A stretch of 64,000 nt of DNA, from positions 1 to 64,000 of the IMG/VR virus record IMGVR_UViG_3300032116_000067; one strand, 5' to 3'. The position numbers and the translations under genes were made by a program. Numbering within the stretch: position 1 is the stretch's first letter; every line of letters begins with the position of its first letter. Origin of the DNA: a virus. The notes below the pieces were generated by a model. The model was not told the origin of the DNA and did no database searches. It was given only the letters and a program-made list of their open reading frames with translations. Of the stretch, positions 1 to 10,577 are shown piece by piece.

Positions 1-2728
1 CAGTAAACGTTGCAATGCCGCCCGTTGTACCGCTACCTGCCGTATTAAACATGTGATTGCCTTCCGATTGAGCATATGTTGTCGCCGAACCGTTTGATGT
101 ATATATTCCGTTTGTTCCGTCGTAATACATGTTTGATGCTAAATACAAATACTGACCTGTTGAGGCAATAAACGGAGATACACCCAGCTGCAAACTGGGA
201 GAAACGCCGCTCCATGAGCTTGGCGTGACGCCGATACCGACATGTCCAAACGCATTAACTCGCATCCGCTCAACGCCTCCATTAAAGAAAAACAGGTCAG
301 CCAAACCGGACGAGAAATTTGTTCCCGTCAGACCCATTCCCCACCTTGTGTGATCGTTAACCGACGACGCCCATGAAAAACCGATTGTACTAAATTCACC
401 AGTCGTGCTTCCGTTATAGTTTAGATTTATCCCCCCACCCGTTGCAGTTAAACTTGTTCTGTTTGGAGAGTAAACATGTAATCTGTTGACTGGGTTTGGG
501 TTTGCTATACCGACATTACCGGCGTTGAGAATCGACATGACCTCAACATCGCCAAAATTCGTGATTGCGAGGCGTTGATCATTTGTCGGTGATCCGGTGC
601 GAACGTTCTGAAATGAAAACGGTGCATCAACGTTACCGCCTTCGTATCTGCTTGAAACAAGTCGAAGACGCGGAGAATTTTTAGATGTTTGATCCCCCAG
701 CGTTGTCGGGGTGTTTCGTAAGTCGATGCCGTTGGTTGAGGTTGTAAATACATCGAGGCGTGTGACTGGGTTTGTAGTCCCGATGCCTACGTTGCCCGCA
801 TTAGTTAATGTTAATGTATTTACAGATGGCGCACCTCCTGTGCTACTACCATATCCTATAATAAAATTATTTTGTGTGTAGTGTGTCAAAAATGCATCAT
901 TTCCATTAAAACCAGTTCCATAAAAATAACCACCTATGGATTTCTGATGCACAATTCCGCTAACAGATTCTACTATTTGCAGTTTAGCGTTTATTGGAGA
1001 AGTAGTTCCTATTCCTACATTTCCAGCTTGAGTTATTCTCATTCTTTCAGAAGGATTTGCTCCTTCTGTATCAGCGTTAGTATAAAATCTCAGACTACCC
1101 ATGTAGGTATTGCCTTCATAGAAAGCACCTATTCTTGCTAGTTGAGCAGTAGAGGGGGTACTGTTACCAAAAGTAATTAAAGAACCATGAGTTCCACTAG
1201 ACATCGAGCCGTTGTACCCTATATGTAATACTCTTTGTACAGTATCTGTAGAAACTGGTACTATGCGTAGTGATGTTCCATCCGGGTTGGTTGTTCCAAT
1301 ACCTACATTACCACCACCTAAAACAGTAAATAAGTTTGTGTTAGTTCCACCGCTTGGTGTTCTCCATATACTAAACGCATCTTGCACGTATGTGAACCTA
1401 TCATAACCACCAAAGTCAAAATTCCAATTGGGAAGCGAATTAACCTGAGATGAGTTTACACTTATTAAAAATCCGTTATAGTTTCCACTAAGACCAGCAT
1501 TTGTAGCAAGCCTTGTCAGTCCTAAGTTATACCCCCGAAGGAACAGGTTTGTGTCTGCGCCATTGATACCAAAATATGCGCCCCCACTTACATCAAGCTT
1601 CGCGGCAGGAGTTGTAGTACCTATACCTACATTCCCTCCTGGAAGAGCATTTAAACCTCCTCCATCAGCTCTTGCAATTTTAACTATTGAATAACTCCCT
1701 ATTCCTACATATACTTGATCTGTATTATATCTTCCTACAAGAGTTCCGAAATCTGTAATAAGACCTGTTTCATTTTGTATTCTTATATTACCGACAACTT
1801 GTAATTTTTCAGCAGGAGAAATCGTACCTATACCAACATTACCGGCTGCGGTGATACGCATACGTTCACCTAATGAGGCACCATCATATGTTGAAAAAGC
1901 TAAATTACCAGTTGTAGCAGCAGTAACGCCTATTTGAGCATAACCTCCAGCACTATTTCCAAAAGCTATAGGGTTTGCACCATTTACACGCATTCTGCCA
2001 TTAACTACTAATAAGTCAGAAGGAGATGTATCCCCTATACCTACATTACCGGCAGATGTAATACGCATACGTTCAGTTAACGTAACGTTTGTTCCCGCTG
2101 TTCCAGATGGAGCAGTGTAAAACAAGTGTTCGCCACCAAAAAGGATAAACTGAGAAGCAGCGGCACTATTTGCATACTTCCACGCTCCGTTATAGTAGGT
2201 GTTCTGAGTAAGATACGTATTACCAACATCATAGCTAAGCAGACCATTACCTGCAGAACCTATAGACAAACTTTTGCCCAAAGTTGTAGCAAGCGGAACT
2301 ACACCAATTCCGACGTTTGTACCGTTATCAAAGATCTGAGAGTTCCCGAGTCCTGAAGTACTAGTAAATTTGGATATATAGTTGACAGCACCTGTACCCG
2401 CTACCTTAGCATCTAAGGCAGCTTGAAGATCTGTTTGGTTAAGTAATGTTCCAGTTATACCGCCCCATACAGTACCCACCGTAGGTGATACTTCTATGTA
2501 GGTAGTACCGCTCCAACGATAGATCTTATTACTATCTTGTGCTACATAGATCTTCCCCGCCTCCCCTGTAACAGGAAAGCCCGCGAGATTTGCGTACTCT
2601 AATACGTCATCTACATAAGAAGGAAGTTGAGTACTGGGTACTTTACCGTCTACCAGGTCTGCTTTTGAAGAAAGAGAAGCACCACTGTCCGATACTAAGT
2701 TGCCCGCTATAAGTGCTATGTTAGACAT
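1..2728 (-). CDS. Tail fibre protein with repeated 'ERMRI..GNVGIGTT.P' modules (3' end runs off the window)
   Basis: Not in the ORF track. ATG at 2728 gives MSNIALIAGNLVSDSG...KVPSTQLPSYVDDVLEY...; the segments I translated (start, and about 800 down to 1) are open and carry GNVGIG repeats like the upstream fibre gene. Confidence 0.85.
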   Translation of the reverse strand, partial: MSNIALIAGNLVSDSGASLSSKADLVDGKVPSTQLPSYVDDVLEYANLAGFPVTGEAGKIYVAQDSNKIYRWSGTTYIEVSPTVGTVWGGITGTLLNQTDLQAALDAKVAGTGAVNYISKFTSTSGLGNSQIFDNGTNVGIGVVPLATTLGKSLSIGSAGNGLLSYDVGNTYLTQNTYYNGAWKYANSAAASQFILFGGEHLFYTAPSGTAGTNVTLTERMRITSAGNVGIGDTSPSDLLVVNGRMRVNGANPIAFGNSAGGYAQIGVTAATTGNLAFSTYDGASLGERMRITAAGNVGIGTISPAEKLQVVGNIRIQNETGLITDFGTLVGRYNTDQVYVGIGSYSIVKIARADGGGLNALPGGNVGIGTTTPAAKLDVSGGAYFGINGADTNLFLRGYNLGLTRLATNAGLSGNYNGFLISVNSSQVNSLPNWNFDFGGYDRFTYVQDAFSIWRTPSGGTNTNLFTVLGGGNVGIGTTNPDGTSLRIVPVSTDTVQRVLHIGYNGSMSSGTHGSLITFGNSTPSTAQLARIGAFYEGNTYMGSLRFYTNADTEGANPSERMRITQAGNVGIGTTSPINAKLQIVESVSGIVHQKSIGGYFYGTGFNGNDAFLTHYTQNNFIIGYGSSTGGAPSVNTLTLTNAGNVGIGTTNPVTRLDVFTTSTNGIDLRNTPTTLGDQTSKNSPRLRLVSSRYEGGNVDAPFSFQNVRTGSPTNDQRLAITNFGDVEVMSILNAGNVGIANPNPVNRLHVYSPNRTSLTATGGGINLNYNGSTTGEFSTIGFSWASSVNDHTRWGMGLTGTNFSSGLADLFFFNGGVERMRVNAFGHVGIGVTPSSWSGVSPSLQLGVSPFIASTGQYLYLASNMYYDGTNGIYTSNGSATTYAQSEGNHMFNTAGSGTTGGIATFT

Positions 2729-2741
2729 ATATGATAAATGT

Positions 2742-5498
2742 TTATACTACAATTGCTAATGCTTTCCATCCGTTTGCGTTCGTATAGATCCAGAGACCTT
2801 CGTTTCCATCACTTTGATATACAACTAGTCCCACAGCTGGGCTAGTAATTGCTGCTCTTTGTGTTGCTGTCATCCGAGGCGGTAAGAAACCCTGGGTGGT
2901 AGATGTAATGTCAAGTTTTGCTGAAGCTACAGGCGATGCCGTTCCTATGCCGACATTGCCCGCTGATGTAATCGTCATTTTTCTCGTCATCGGACCACCA
3001 CTCACTCGCGTCCAAAAACTTAATGTACCAGCAGTGTTGTTTTCTGTACTATTTTCTTTGAGTCCGGCAATAGTCGCAAAATTGCTTACGCTTGTTCCGG
3101 CATTGTTTGTTCCACCGCCTAATGTTATTTGGGCACCCCTATCTATTGACTGAGCAGCGTTAGTATAAAATGCCGCATGCGCCTCTCCTGAACTTGGGTC
3201 TCTTACTACAGTCGTTCTGACATCTAGTCTTTCTGTAGGTGCTGTAGTACCTACACCCATATTACCGCTAGCATCTATCCTGACCCTCTCGGTAACATCA
3301 CTGGCTGAAAGCCTTGTACCAAACGTAAGAGCACTACTTGCGCTTCCTGTCCAAACACTAGATATTGTTGCAGCAGCTAAGCTAGAGTCTGCACCCATAG
3401 CATCAAGTCTTAATGTGGCTGCTATGTTATTTGTAACTCCATTGTTTGCTATATAGGTAGTAGTTCCAGAGGTGAGGGTATTGGTAGATACGTATGCTGT
3501 GGTGTTGTTGGAGACAACGTGAAGTTTTGCGCCGGGAGTCAATGTACCAATACCAACATTCCCCACTCCTCCAGAGTTAATGGTTATATTACCACTAACT
3601 CTTTCAAGAAGCATTGTGGAGTTGTTATTCCCGAGCTGAATATCGTAATCATTCGTGGATGTCAAGTAACCTCCAGACGTACCTAGTATTGTTTCAAAAG
3701 CAATGGTTGACCTATTTGCAAGTCTAAGCGTTTTGGTTGCGACAGTCGTGGTTCCAATACTTACGCCACCGCTTGTGGCAGCCAAGACACCTCCTGTGGT
3801 GTTGTATATAGCCCCCACCACCTGTAACCTATAATCGCCATAGTCTGTTGCTCCAGTGTTTATACCTACACGACCGTTAGCGAAGATGCGGAGACGTTCT
3901 GTTCCGTTGGTATAGAACGATTGAAAATATGCTCCACCACTTACGCCTGCCGCAATCCTCATTTCCGCTGTCCCATAATTAACGGACATAAACGCACGTT
4001 CCGCATAACTCGCTGCTGAAGGTCTAAATGATATTTTTGATGTCCCGTCTCCGCTATCGTCAATCGTAAATGTCGCAGAACTTGCACGAAGATGCAAAAT
4101 GGATGCAGGTGATGCCGTACCGATACCCACATCACCACTTGCAGTAATACGCATACGTTCAATAGCAGATGTAAAGAACCTTGCAGGTGTAGCTTCTGCG
4201 TTGTAAAAAAATGCATCATTGCCTGAGTTGATACCAACAAACAGACCATCAGCAGCTGTCGTTCCGCTGTTTGTATTCTGAAAAAACATGAACGCTTCAC
4301 CAGTACCCGTACTGCGGATGCGCGGATAGACGTTTGTAGAGCCAGCAATATCTAAGACGCTACCAGATACAGGGCTTGAAGTTCCTATAGCTACTAGTCC
4401 ACCAGCCAAGTTAATCAACACCGATCCACCGCCGCCAATATTGGTACCATAGCCGTCTGGGTCTATTACTACGCGGTCAGACGTATTCCGGCCAATTATC
4501 GAAAGGTTTGCGGTGTTTGCAGCATTTCGACTGGATAAATAATAAGCGTTAGACAGATTTATGTTTCCGATACTAACGTCCAATTTTGCCGTTGGACTTG
4601 AGGTTCCTACACCAACACTTGTACCGTTATCAAAGATCTGACTATCACCCACAGCAGAAGCTGAAGTGAATTTAGCCACTCTATTTACTGTACCACTAAT
4701 ACTAGTAGAGTTAGCTGGAGTGTATCCTAAGATAGTAGAAATACTAGCATTCTTCCAAAGATTAGTAGGACCATCTCTATAAAGAAAGTGTTTGTCACCA
4801 ACATCTGTGATTAAAACATTATGTAGTTCTTCAAGCTCATAACCGTTTTGAACCTTTACAAAAATTTCACCATTATTTTGTTGCACACGTGTAACAACAC
4901 CTATAAACACCGTATGAACTGGTGCAACAGGTTTATTAATAAGTCCGTATAACAATGTACCATTTGGACCTAACCAAACGGGATCACCTGCCACCGCACT
5001 ATTAGTATTTAAGCCACCTAGTAAACCTTCTGTCACTACAAACACTATATCATTTGTAGCTCCTCCGGTTACCAATAAACCAAGAGTTTTACTAGAAGTT
5101 GCTTCACTAGTATTAGATGCAGGACTAACTATCATGTTAGTTCCTGATTGACCGGTACTACCACTTACATAAACTGGAGTGCCCACTGTCATTGCGGACG
5201 CCAGTTTTACAAGATGTCTTACATTAGAAGTGTAGTTATCTATCCACTCTGCATTATAATTAGTGGCATCAATTTTTGCAAGTATTTGACCTGCTGTTCC
5301 ACCAGGAGGTAAACCAGCTGCGGCAGCTGCTGCACCTATATCAGAAAGCATTTGAGTTCCGGTGCGATACTTTACTACACCAGAATCAATTACTAAAAAC
5401 TTATCGGTATCTATAGTAGCATTAGCTACGTTATTCAGCGTAACTACGCCGTCAACTACTAAACCGGCTTTTGCTAGTATATCTGATAAGTGCCTCAT
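2742..5498 (-). CDS. Tail fibre protein (918 aa, GNVGIGT modules, C-terminal GFLPPRMT motif)
   Basis: Repeated G[VI]GT..P...LD[VI] modules; Gly/Thr/Ser-rich; GFLPPRMTATQR motif typical of Bacteroidota phage fibres. Confidence 0.85.
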   Translation of the reverse strand: MRHLSDILAKAGLVVDGVVTLNNVANATIDTDKFLVIDSGVVKYRTGTQMLSDIGAAAAAAGLPPGGTAGQILAKIDATNYNAEWIDNYTSNVRHLVKLASAMTVGTPVYVSGSTGQSGTNMIVSPASNTSEATSSKTLGLLVTGGATNDIVFVVTEGLLGGLNTNSAVAGDPVWLGPNGTLLYGLINKPVAPVHTVFIGVVTRVQQNNGEIFVKVQNGYELEELHNVLITDVGDKHFLYRDGPTNLWKNASISTILGYTPANSTSISGTVNRVAKFTSASAVGDSQIFDNGTSVGVGTSSPTAKLDVSIGNINLSNAYYLSSRNAANTANLSIIGRNTSDRVVIDPDGYGTNIGGGGSVLINLAGGLVAIGTSSPVSGSVLDIAGSTNVYPRIRSTGTGEAFMFFQNTNSGTTAADGLFVGINSGNDAFFYNAEATPARFFTSAIERMRITASGDVGIGTASPASILHLRASSATFTIDDSGDGTSKISFRPSAASYAERAFMSVNYGTAEMRIAAGVSGGAYFQSFYTNGTERLRIFANGRVGINTGATDYGDYRLQVVGAIYNTTGGVLAATSGGVSIGTTTVATKTLRLANRSTIAFETILGTSGGYLTSTNDYDIQLGNNNSTMLLERVSGNITINSGGVGNVGIGTLTPGAKLHVVSNNTTAYVSTNTLTSGTTTYIANNGVTNNIAATLRLDAMGADSSLAAATISSVWTGSASSALTFGTRLSASDVTERVRIDASGNMGVGTTAPTERLDVRTTVVRDPSSGEAHAAFYTNAAQSIDRGAQITLGGGTNNAGTSVSNFATIAGLKENSTENNTAGTLSFWTRVSGGPMTRKMTITSAGNVGIGTASPVASAKLDITSTTQGFLPPRMTATQRAAITSPAVGLVVYQSDGNEGLWIYTNANGWKALAIVV

Positions 5499-5506
5499 TC
5501 AAATGA

Positions 5507-6709
5507 TTATTTTTTGATCACCACACGATATGCATTAGAAGCAGGAGCTATAGCAAAGCTTACTGTAACTACAGTGGTAGAAGTAAGTACTACATCTGTA
5601 ATCACTTCTTCAAAAGTTGCATTATCGTAGATGGCCACGATCACGTCCCGGGTATTGAGTCCGTGAGTGAGTGCAAAAGACGTATTAGTACCGTTACCTA
5701 CGTTGGCAGCATAACCACCTACGTTGGCATCCAGAAAAGTCTTAAGTTTGAGCGGGGTGACAAAACGCTCATCGTCTGTACCTGTGTTTACCTCGGTTTG
5801 GGTAGCAATCTCTGCAATACCGGTCCGGGTTTCTGTAGCGGTACGACCTGCCAAGGTAGCCGGAGTTACCGCCTTCTGTGTGTCAGTACCCGTATTCACC
5901 TCTGTCTGAGTGGCCAAGATAATCAGACCCAGAACAGTAGTAGTAGCCTGGTCGCGGTTGACTTCCAACTGGATCCAGTCCGAAGCCAGGGTTGTAGAAG
6001 CGTTAGCTACTTTAGCAACGATGACGTCACCCACGTTAAAAGCTACACCACCTACCGTTCCGGCAGTCGTTACGTACCAATAGTCACCGGCTTTAGTACC
6101 AGCCGTAGGAGAAGATCCTACTGGAAAAGCACCAGATGCGGCACTCCACCCTCCTTCCAGATTACCAAGACCACCGACAGCGTTGTCAATGTAGTTCTTG
6201 ATAGACAATGAAGTAGCCAGGGTCGTAGAACTAGATGATGCAAGGTCTGTTACAATTACTACTTCAGCAACGTTAGCCGTAACTCCCGTGGTGTTACCCA
6301 GGACAGTAAGACTTCCGATCTGCTGCAGCTTTGGTAAAGTAACCGCGTTGGCATTAATCTTAATCGTAGTTACCGCACTATCTGCTAGTTTGCCAGTCGT
6401 GATTCCTAAGTCTTTAACCCGTACCGTATCAACGTTGATCTCTATGGTAGCATTATCTACATTGACATCTAGGGTTACTGCTCCTCCGGTTCCGCCACCA
6501 GTTAGGCCCGCGCCAGCAATCACTTCTGTAATATCACCAGAGATGTTCACCCACTTAGTGCCATCCCAAAAGTAGATAGCAGCATCGGCCGTGTTGTAGT
6601 ATATCTGACCTGCAACCGGGCTTGACGGAGCGGATGCCAGATTTTGCAACGCTACGTTGAGTATCTGGTTTTTAGCCAGGTCAAGGTTAGTTAGAAACTT
6701 CTTAGCCAT
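5507..6709 (-). CDS. Tail fibre/structural protein with T4 gp34-like ATxTxxG..IATQ.EV repeats
   Basis: Two repeats ATQTEVNTGTD...VTP..L; located in the virion module. Confidence 0.7.
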   Translation of the reverse strand: MAKKFLTNLDLAKNQILNVALQNLASAPSSPVAGQIYYNTADAAIYFWDGTKWVNISGDITEVIAGAGLTGGGTGGAVTLDVNVDNATIEINVDTVRVKDLGITTGKLADSAVTTIKINANAVTLPKLQQIGSLTVLGNTTGVTANVAEVVIVTDLASSSSTTLATSLSIKNYIDNAVGGLGNLEGGWSAASGAFPVGSSPTAGTKAGDYWYVTTAGTVGGVAFNVGDVIVAKVANASTTLASDWIQLEVNRDQATTTVLGLIILATQTEVNTGTDTQKAVTPATLAGRTATETRTGIAEIATQTEVNTGTDDERFVTPLKLKTFLDANVGGYAANVGNGTNTSFALTHGLNTRDVIVAIYDNATFEEVITDVVLTSTTVVTVSFAIAPASNAYRVVIKK

Positions 6710-6725
6710 AGGATTAGATTGATCT

Positions 6726-7262
6726 TTAGTTTATGTAGACTTTTCCGCTAAAAGCAGCAGAAAACGTTACTCTAAGTACTGTATCACTAACATGCTCTAC
6801 TTCTCCAATTACTTCCTGATCAGCACTATCTACAACACTTACCGAAGGAAACTTTCCCAGGTTATGCGTTATGTTCCACTGGCTGGCCGGAGTATCTTGA
6901 ACATGTATGTGAGAGAACTTGTAACTATCAAAAATAGTTGTGTTGTCTCGATAAGTAAGAGTTACAGTACGTTGGGTAGTGGTCTGGGTGACGTCAATAT
7001 TCATCACCGACCGGTTATACGCTTCCTGGATCTGCTGAAGTTGAGTAAGGGTAACCGAGATCTGGATCCACTGATTACCGTCCCATACAAAGAAAACATC
7101 AAGGTTTATATCAAATACCAACACACCCTCGTCACCAGAGTTATAGCTGGAAGCAAGAGCGGTTCGTTCAGCTGTAGTGACCGGATGAATCCGGGCATTG
7201 ATCAGCTTGTTAGTCGCTAGATCTATATCATGATAGTGAACTACTGATGTAGGAACAGACAT
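6726..7262 (-). CDS. Putative virion structural protein
   Basis: C-terminal 'W.I.HNLG..P.V.V.D' domain, shared with the neighbouring gene. Confidence 0.65.
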   Translation of the reverse strand: MSVPTSVVHYHDIDLATNKLINARIHPVTTAERTALASSYNSGDEGVLVFDINLDVFFVWDGNQWIQISVTLTQLQQIQEAYNRSVMNIDVTQTTTQRTVTLTYRDNTTIFDSYKFSHIHVQDTPASQWNITHNLGKFPSVSVVDSADQEVIGEVEHVSDTVLRVTFSAAFSGKVYIN

Positions 7263-7885
7263 TAGGATAAATAGGCTTTACCGGCAACCGGTTGGTTAAA
7301 GTATACCTTAAGTAGATTACTGTCTATGATCTCTATGATACCAACAATATCGTTTCCGTTTTGGTCTTCAGTAAAGACATTTGGAACTTTACCCATACCA
7401 TGGTTGATCACCCAAGATGTTGACGGTGTAGCCTGGGTAAACACAAACGATCCAACATTCTGAGTAATAGTAACAGCTGGATTAAGATTAATCCGGGTAA
7501 GACACCCTCCGCTGTTTACCTCAATAATGTTCTGACTAGCGTTACCATAGGTAAGACCTACACCTGCTGTTTGCGGACCATGGGGTGTGCCGCTATTATA
7601 GTAACCCGGGCCCCAGGCATTCTGAGTCGTATCAAACTGTACCTGGTTATCATTGCGATAGTTCACCGGTACAAACGTGGTGTAATTCATGTTGGTCCGG
7701 CACAGAGCATCTTCATCTTCGTTACTCTGCCAGTCTACCAGTTGTTTTCTGATAAAAGCCAACTGATCATCTACCAAAGACTTTTTGCAGGTGTCAATAC
7801 CATAACGAAGTTTTCGCACGGTCCTGAAGACCGAGTCGGCATACTCCTTATAGTACTTGTCTTTTTTAGCCAGTAGTGTTCTCAT
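7262..7885 (-). CDS. Putative virion structural protein (start refined to MRTLLAKK)
   Basis: C-terminal 'W.INHGMG..P.V' domain paralogous to 6726-7262. Confidence 0.65.
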   Translation of the reverse strand: MRTLLAKKDKYYKEYADSVFRTVRKLRYGIDTCKKSLVDDQLAFIRKQLVDWQSNEDEDALCRTNMNYTTFVPVNYRNDNQVQFDTTQNAWGPGYYNSGTPHGPQTAGVGLTYGNASQNIIEVNSGGCLTRINLNPAVTITQNVGSFVFTQATPSTSWVINHGMGKVPNVFTEDQNGNDIVGIIEIIDSNLLKVYFNQPVAGKAYLS

Positions 7886-8048
7886 CAGGATTGGATGAAT
7901 AGTATTGAGGTTTAGAAGACTGAGCTTCATCTACCAGTTTTTGCTCATAAAAAGCAATACAGTTGGTACAGATCTTGGCTCCGTTAGAAGCTGTTCTTAC
8001 TTGGCAGCCGCAGGTGATCTGGGCGTTACAATTCGGACAAGTGTTCAT
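7866..8048 (-). CDS. Small Cys-rich (Zn-finger-like) protein
   Basis: CxxC..CGC..CxxC pattern; collinear with the operon. Confidence 0.65.
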   Translation of the reverse strand: MNTCPNCNAQITCGCQVRTASNGAKICTNCIAFYEQKLVDEAQSSKPQYYSSNPDENTTG

Positions 8049-8069
8049 ACTATTTGGTTTTTAGGATAA

Positions 8070-8618
8070 TCAACATGCGCACTTAGCTGCATACTTGTTT
8101 AGCCTTTTCTGAGCGTAGAGTAGTAACTCCATACCGGCTTCCGGTTCATGGGCATACTCTACCTTAGCTTTGGCGGCATCAATAAAACCTTTGATCAGCT
8201 GAAGTTCTTCTAATTGCTCGCGTACATCAAAGTCAGGTTCACAAGCTCCCATCTCCAGTTCAGCCAAAAGGTTATTCCACTTATTAAGTGTCTGGACCAC
8301 ACGCAGATGATGGTACTCTACAAATACGTTGCTGTTAGGAGATACTGAATAGTTGATCTTGTAGATACCGTCGGGGATAATTTCTGAATAAGAACCGCAC
8401 CCGGACTGCTGCAAACCCAAAGAACATGCATTTAGTACCAGGTTAAAGTGTGGCAGTACATCTATGACCCGCGGCATATTAAAACCGGGAGGAGTAATGA
8501 GCAGTTTACCGCAGTCTACTGTAAGACCCTCAGCGTAAAAGCTGGTATCAAATAGGCGTAAAACCTTGATATTGTTAGTATCTGGCAGCTCTAAACTTAG
8601 CTGGTGTTTGCTGGCCAT
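8070..8618 (-). CDS. Hypothetical virion-module protein
   Basis: Clean ORF downstream of a terminator and a late-promoter-like motif. Confidence 0.65.
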   Translation of the reverse strand: MASKHQLSLELPDTNNIKVLRLFDTSFYAEGLTVDCGKLLITPPGFNMPRVIDVLPHFNLVLNACSLGLQQSGCGSYSEIIPDGIYKINYSVSPNSNVFVEYHHLRVVQTLNKWNNLLAELEMGACEPDFDVREQLEELQLIKGFIDAAKAKVEYAHEPEAGMELLLYAQKRLNKYAAKCAC

Positions 8619-8663
8619 AGGGTATAAACTTTATGAAGTTAGATGCGGATTGGATGTACAGGT

Positions 8664-8680
8664 TCTCAATAATAATATAC
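8664..8680 (-). promoter_or_regulatory. Late-promoter-like motif variant (GTATATTATTATTGAGA)
   Basis: Resembles the 17-mer at 29281 and 57827; lies upstream of 8618. Confidence 0.45.
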
Positions 8681-8700
8681 TGATTTTTCAGCAGTTCTCC

Positions 8701-8740
8701 AAAAAACAAAAGGGAGCAAGACCGTAGTCTCACTCCCTTT
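8701..8740 (-). terminator. Intrinsic terminator
   Basis: aaagggag...ctcccttt hairpin followed by a U-tract on the minus strand. Confidence 0.7.
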
Positions 8741-8758
8741 AAGGTTAGCAATAATGGA

Positions 8759-10120
8759 TTAGGCCTGGAAAGTCTCAAGCGTAACACTGTTGCTAGCAGC
8801 AGTGCAAGACTGAGTGATGAACGTAGTCAGATCCGAGGTGCTGGTTCCTTTAGGAACGTGTACCACCAGAAGATACTGATCGTTATCAAAAGTGCTGGTC
8901 GGGTTGTTGAAACGCGGCACATTGTGCAGGATCATCACCTGATCGTACAGAGCAGAGCGGGTTACCGCAGCCAGGGCCGGATCAGCTTCGATCTCACGCA
9001 TCCTCAGAGAGTCAACGCGAGAACTGTCAGGATAAGCATTCTGCAGGTAACGACCGTCGAGAATCAGTTCACGAAGAACCGTCTCACCAACACCAGAAGC
9101 CTGCTGCGGAGCCTGTGTTTCAGATACAGTGATGCACTCTACTTTGCAAGGCTCACCGGACTCATCAACTACAGAAGCATAGACAAATAGAGGCTCCAGG
9201 TCATACTTGTCGGTCGGAGTGAACGTACAAGTACCGAAAGTCGTGTCCACATAAGCAGTGATGATGTCCATGTGCGTGTTTACACTACCGAGGCTAGAAG
9301 TAGCCGGAGTGTAACCAGCTGTGGTAACAGCATCAAAGATAGAGGCGTTCACGTTGGTAGAGGCAGTAGCGGCTACAGAAAGTACAACGTTAGCGTTACC
9401 AGAGGAAGCAGAGTCAGCTGCACCAACAGATACAACAGTTGTTCCAGCAGGAATACCAGCAGCTTCAACCTTGTCACCTGCGGTGAATTTAGTACGGTCA
9501 GCGTTGGCAACAACAATCGTAGCAGAACCACTGGTCGGATCAATAGCAACACCGGTGAAAGCTTCTTTCCAAACTTTAGCCTGAATGAAGTCTTTCAGAA
9601 GCAGAGCTTCGTTGATCTGGTCAGCCCACTTCAGCAGAGCCACAGTGTGGTCGATAGGTGTGTTGGAAGTATCGCAGCAACCGGTGTAAGCGTCCAGGGT
9701 CTTGTAGAGCTGGTGGTTCAAGAAACGCAGAGCGGGAGAACCTTTAACGTCAACACGCAGGCGGATGGTGCTATCACAAGCCAGACCAGCACAAGCATTT
9801 GCTTCTACTTTAACGATCTGATTGCGAGCAGCTTTACCTTCAACCTTAATCAGGCGGCTGATGTACTTCGGATTGATCACTTTGGACTTCTTGGACTCTT
9901 TGTAACCACCGTGTACGGGGCCAATCTTGTCAGAAGCAAAGCGGCTACCTTCAGCCAGGATAAACGGAGCAGCTTGGGCAGTAGTACCCAGGGCAAGAAA
10001 AGTCTTGGCATCAAAGAAGCCAATCTGACCGGCTGTCAGAGCAGCGGTGCTTGTTCCGGTAGTAGCAAGAGTCGTGCTCGCAGGCAGGAAGCTCTTACGA
10101 AACGCATTAGGAAAATACAT
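8759..10120 (-). CDS. Conserved crAss-like structural protein (auxiliary capsid/decoration-type)
   Basis: 453 aa, Ala/Thr-rich; syntenic position downstream of the major capsid gene. Confidence 0.6.
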   Translation of the reverse strand: MYFPNAFRKSFLPASTTLATTGTSTAALTAGQIGFFDAKTFLALGTTAQAAPFILAEGSRFASDKIGPVHGGYKESKKSKVINPKYISRLIKVEGKAARNQIVKVEANACAGLACDSTIRLRVDVKGSPALRFLNHQLYKTLDAYTGCCDTSNTPIDHTVALLKWADQINEALLLKDFIQAKVWKEAFTGVAIDPTSGSATIVVANADRTKFTAGDKVEAAGIPAGTTVVSVGAADSASSGNANVVLSVAATASTNVNASIFDAVTTAGYTPATSSLGSVNTHMDIITAYVDTTFGTCTFTPTDKYDLEPLFVYASVVDESGEPCKVECITVSETQAPQQASGVGETVLRELILDGRYLQNAYPDSSRVDSLRMREIEADPALAAVTRSALYDQVMILHNVPRFNNPTSTFDNDQYLLVVHVPKGTSTSDLTTFITQSCTAASNSVTLETFQA

Positions 10121-10160
10121 AGGACTTGGGGTTTATGGGGTTAATAAAAACAAAAAATAA

Positions 10161-10577
10161 TTAGCTTAAGAACATCAGTTTATACTTGGTAGAAGCAATC
10201 AGACTTTTCATCTCGTCCAGCTGGTTGACAATCTCAGAAAACGGCATGATCTTCTGCAGTTCTATAATCTCGTTATACAGCTCTTTCATGTGTCCGAGAG
10301 CTTCCTGTACAGAACCGCACTTAATAGCAGGTACTGTGGGATAATCAAGAAGCTTTTCACGAGCTCCCTGGTATTGCTCAGCTACGGAGTCAACCAGTCC
10401 GGGTATTCCTTCATAAAAGTCACCTAGGGCTTTGTGAGCAGCGTAGGATCCAGGTCCAGAGATCTTAAGATGCAGCTGATGAATACTGGTCACCAACGCC
10501 TGCGCGTGGGCGATCATACCAGCTGTTTCCATACAAGGACCCATTGGAGCGGGTCGGGGTATCTTAGTTAGTGCCAT
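10161..10577 (-). CDS. Ferritin/Dps-like protein (DUF5856-type)
   Basis: H..HL....SYAAHKAL..FY.....LVD..AE.YQG motif, ending KYKL.FL. Confidence 0.75.
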   Translation of the reverse strand: MALTKIPRPAPMGPCMETAGMIAHAQALVTSIHQLHLKISGPGSYAAHKALGDFYEGIPGLVDSVAEQYQGAREKLLDYPTVPAIKCGSVQEALGHMKELYNEIIELQKIMPFSEIVNQLDEMKSLIASTKYKLMFLS

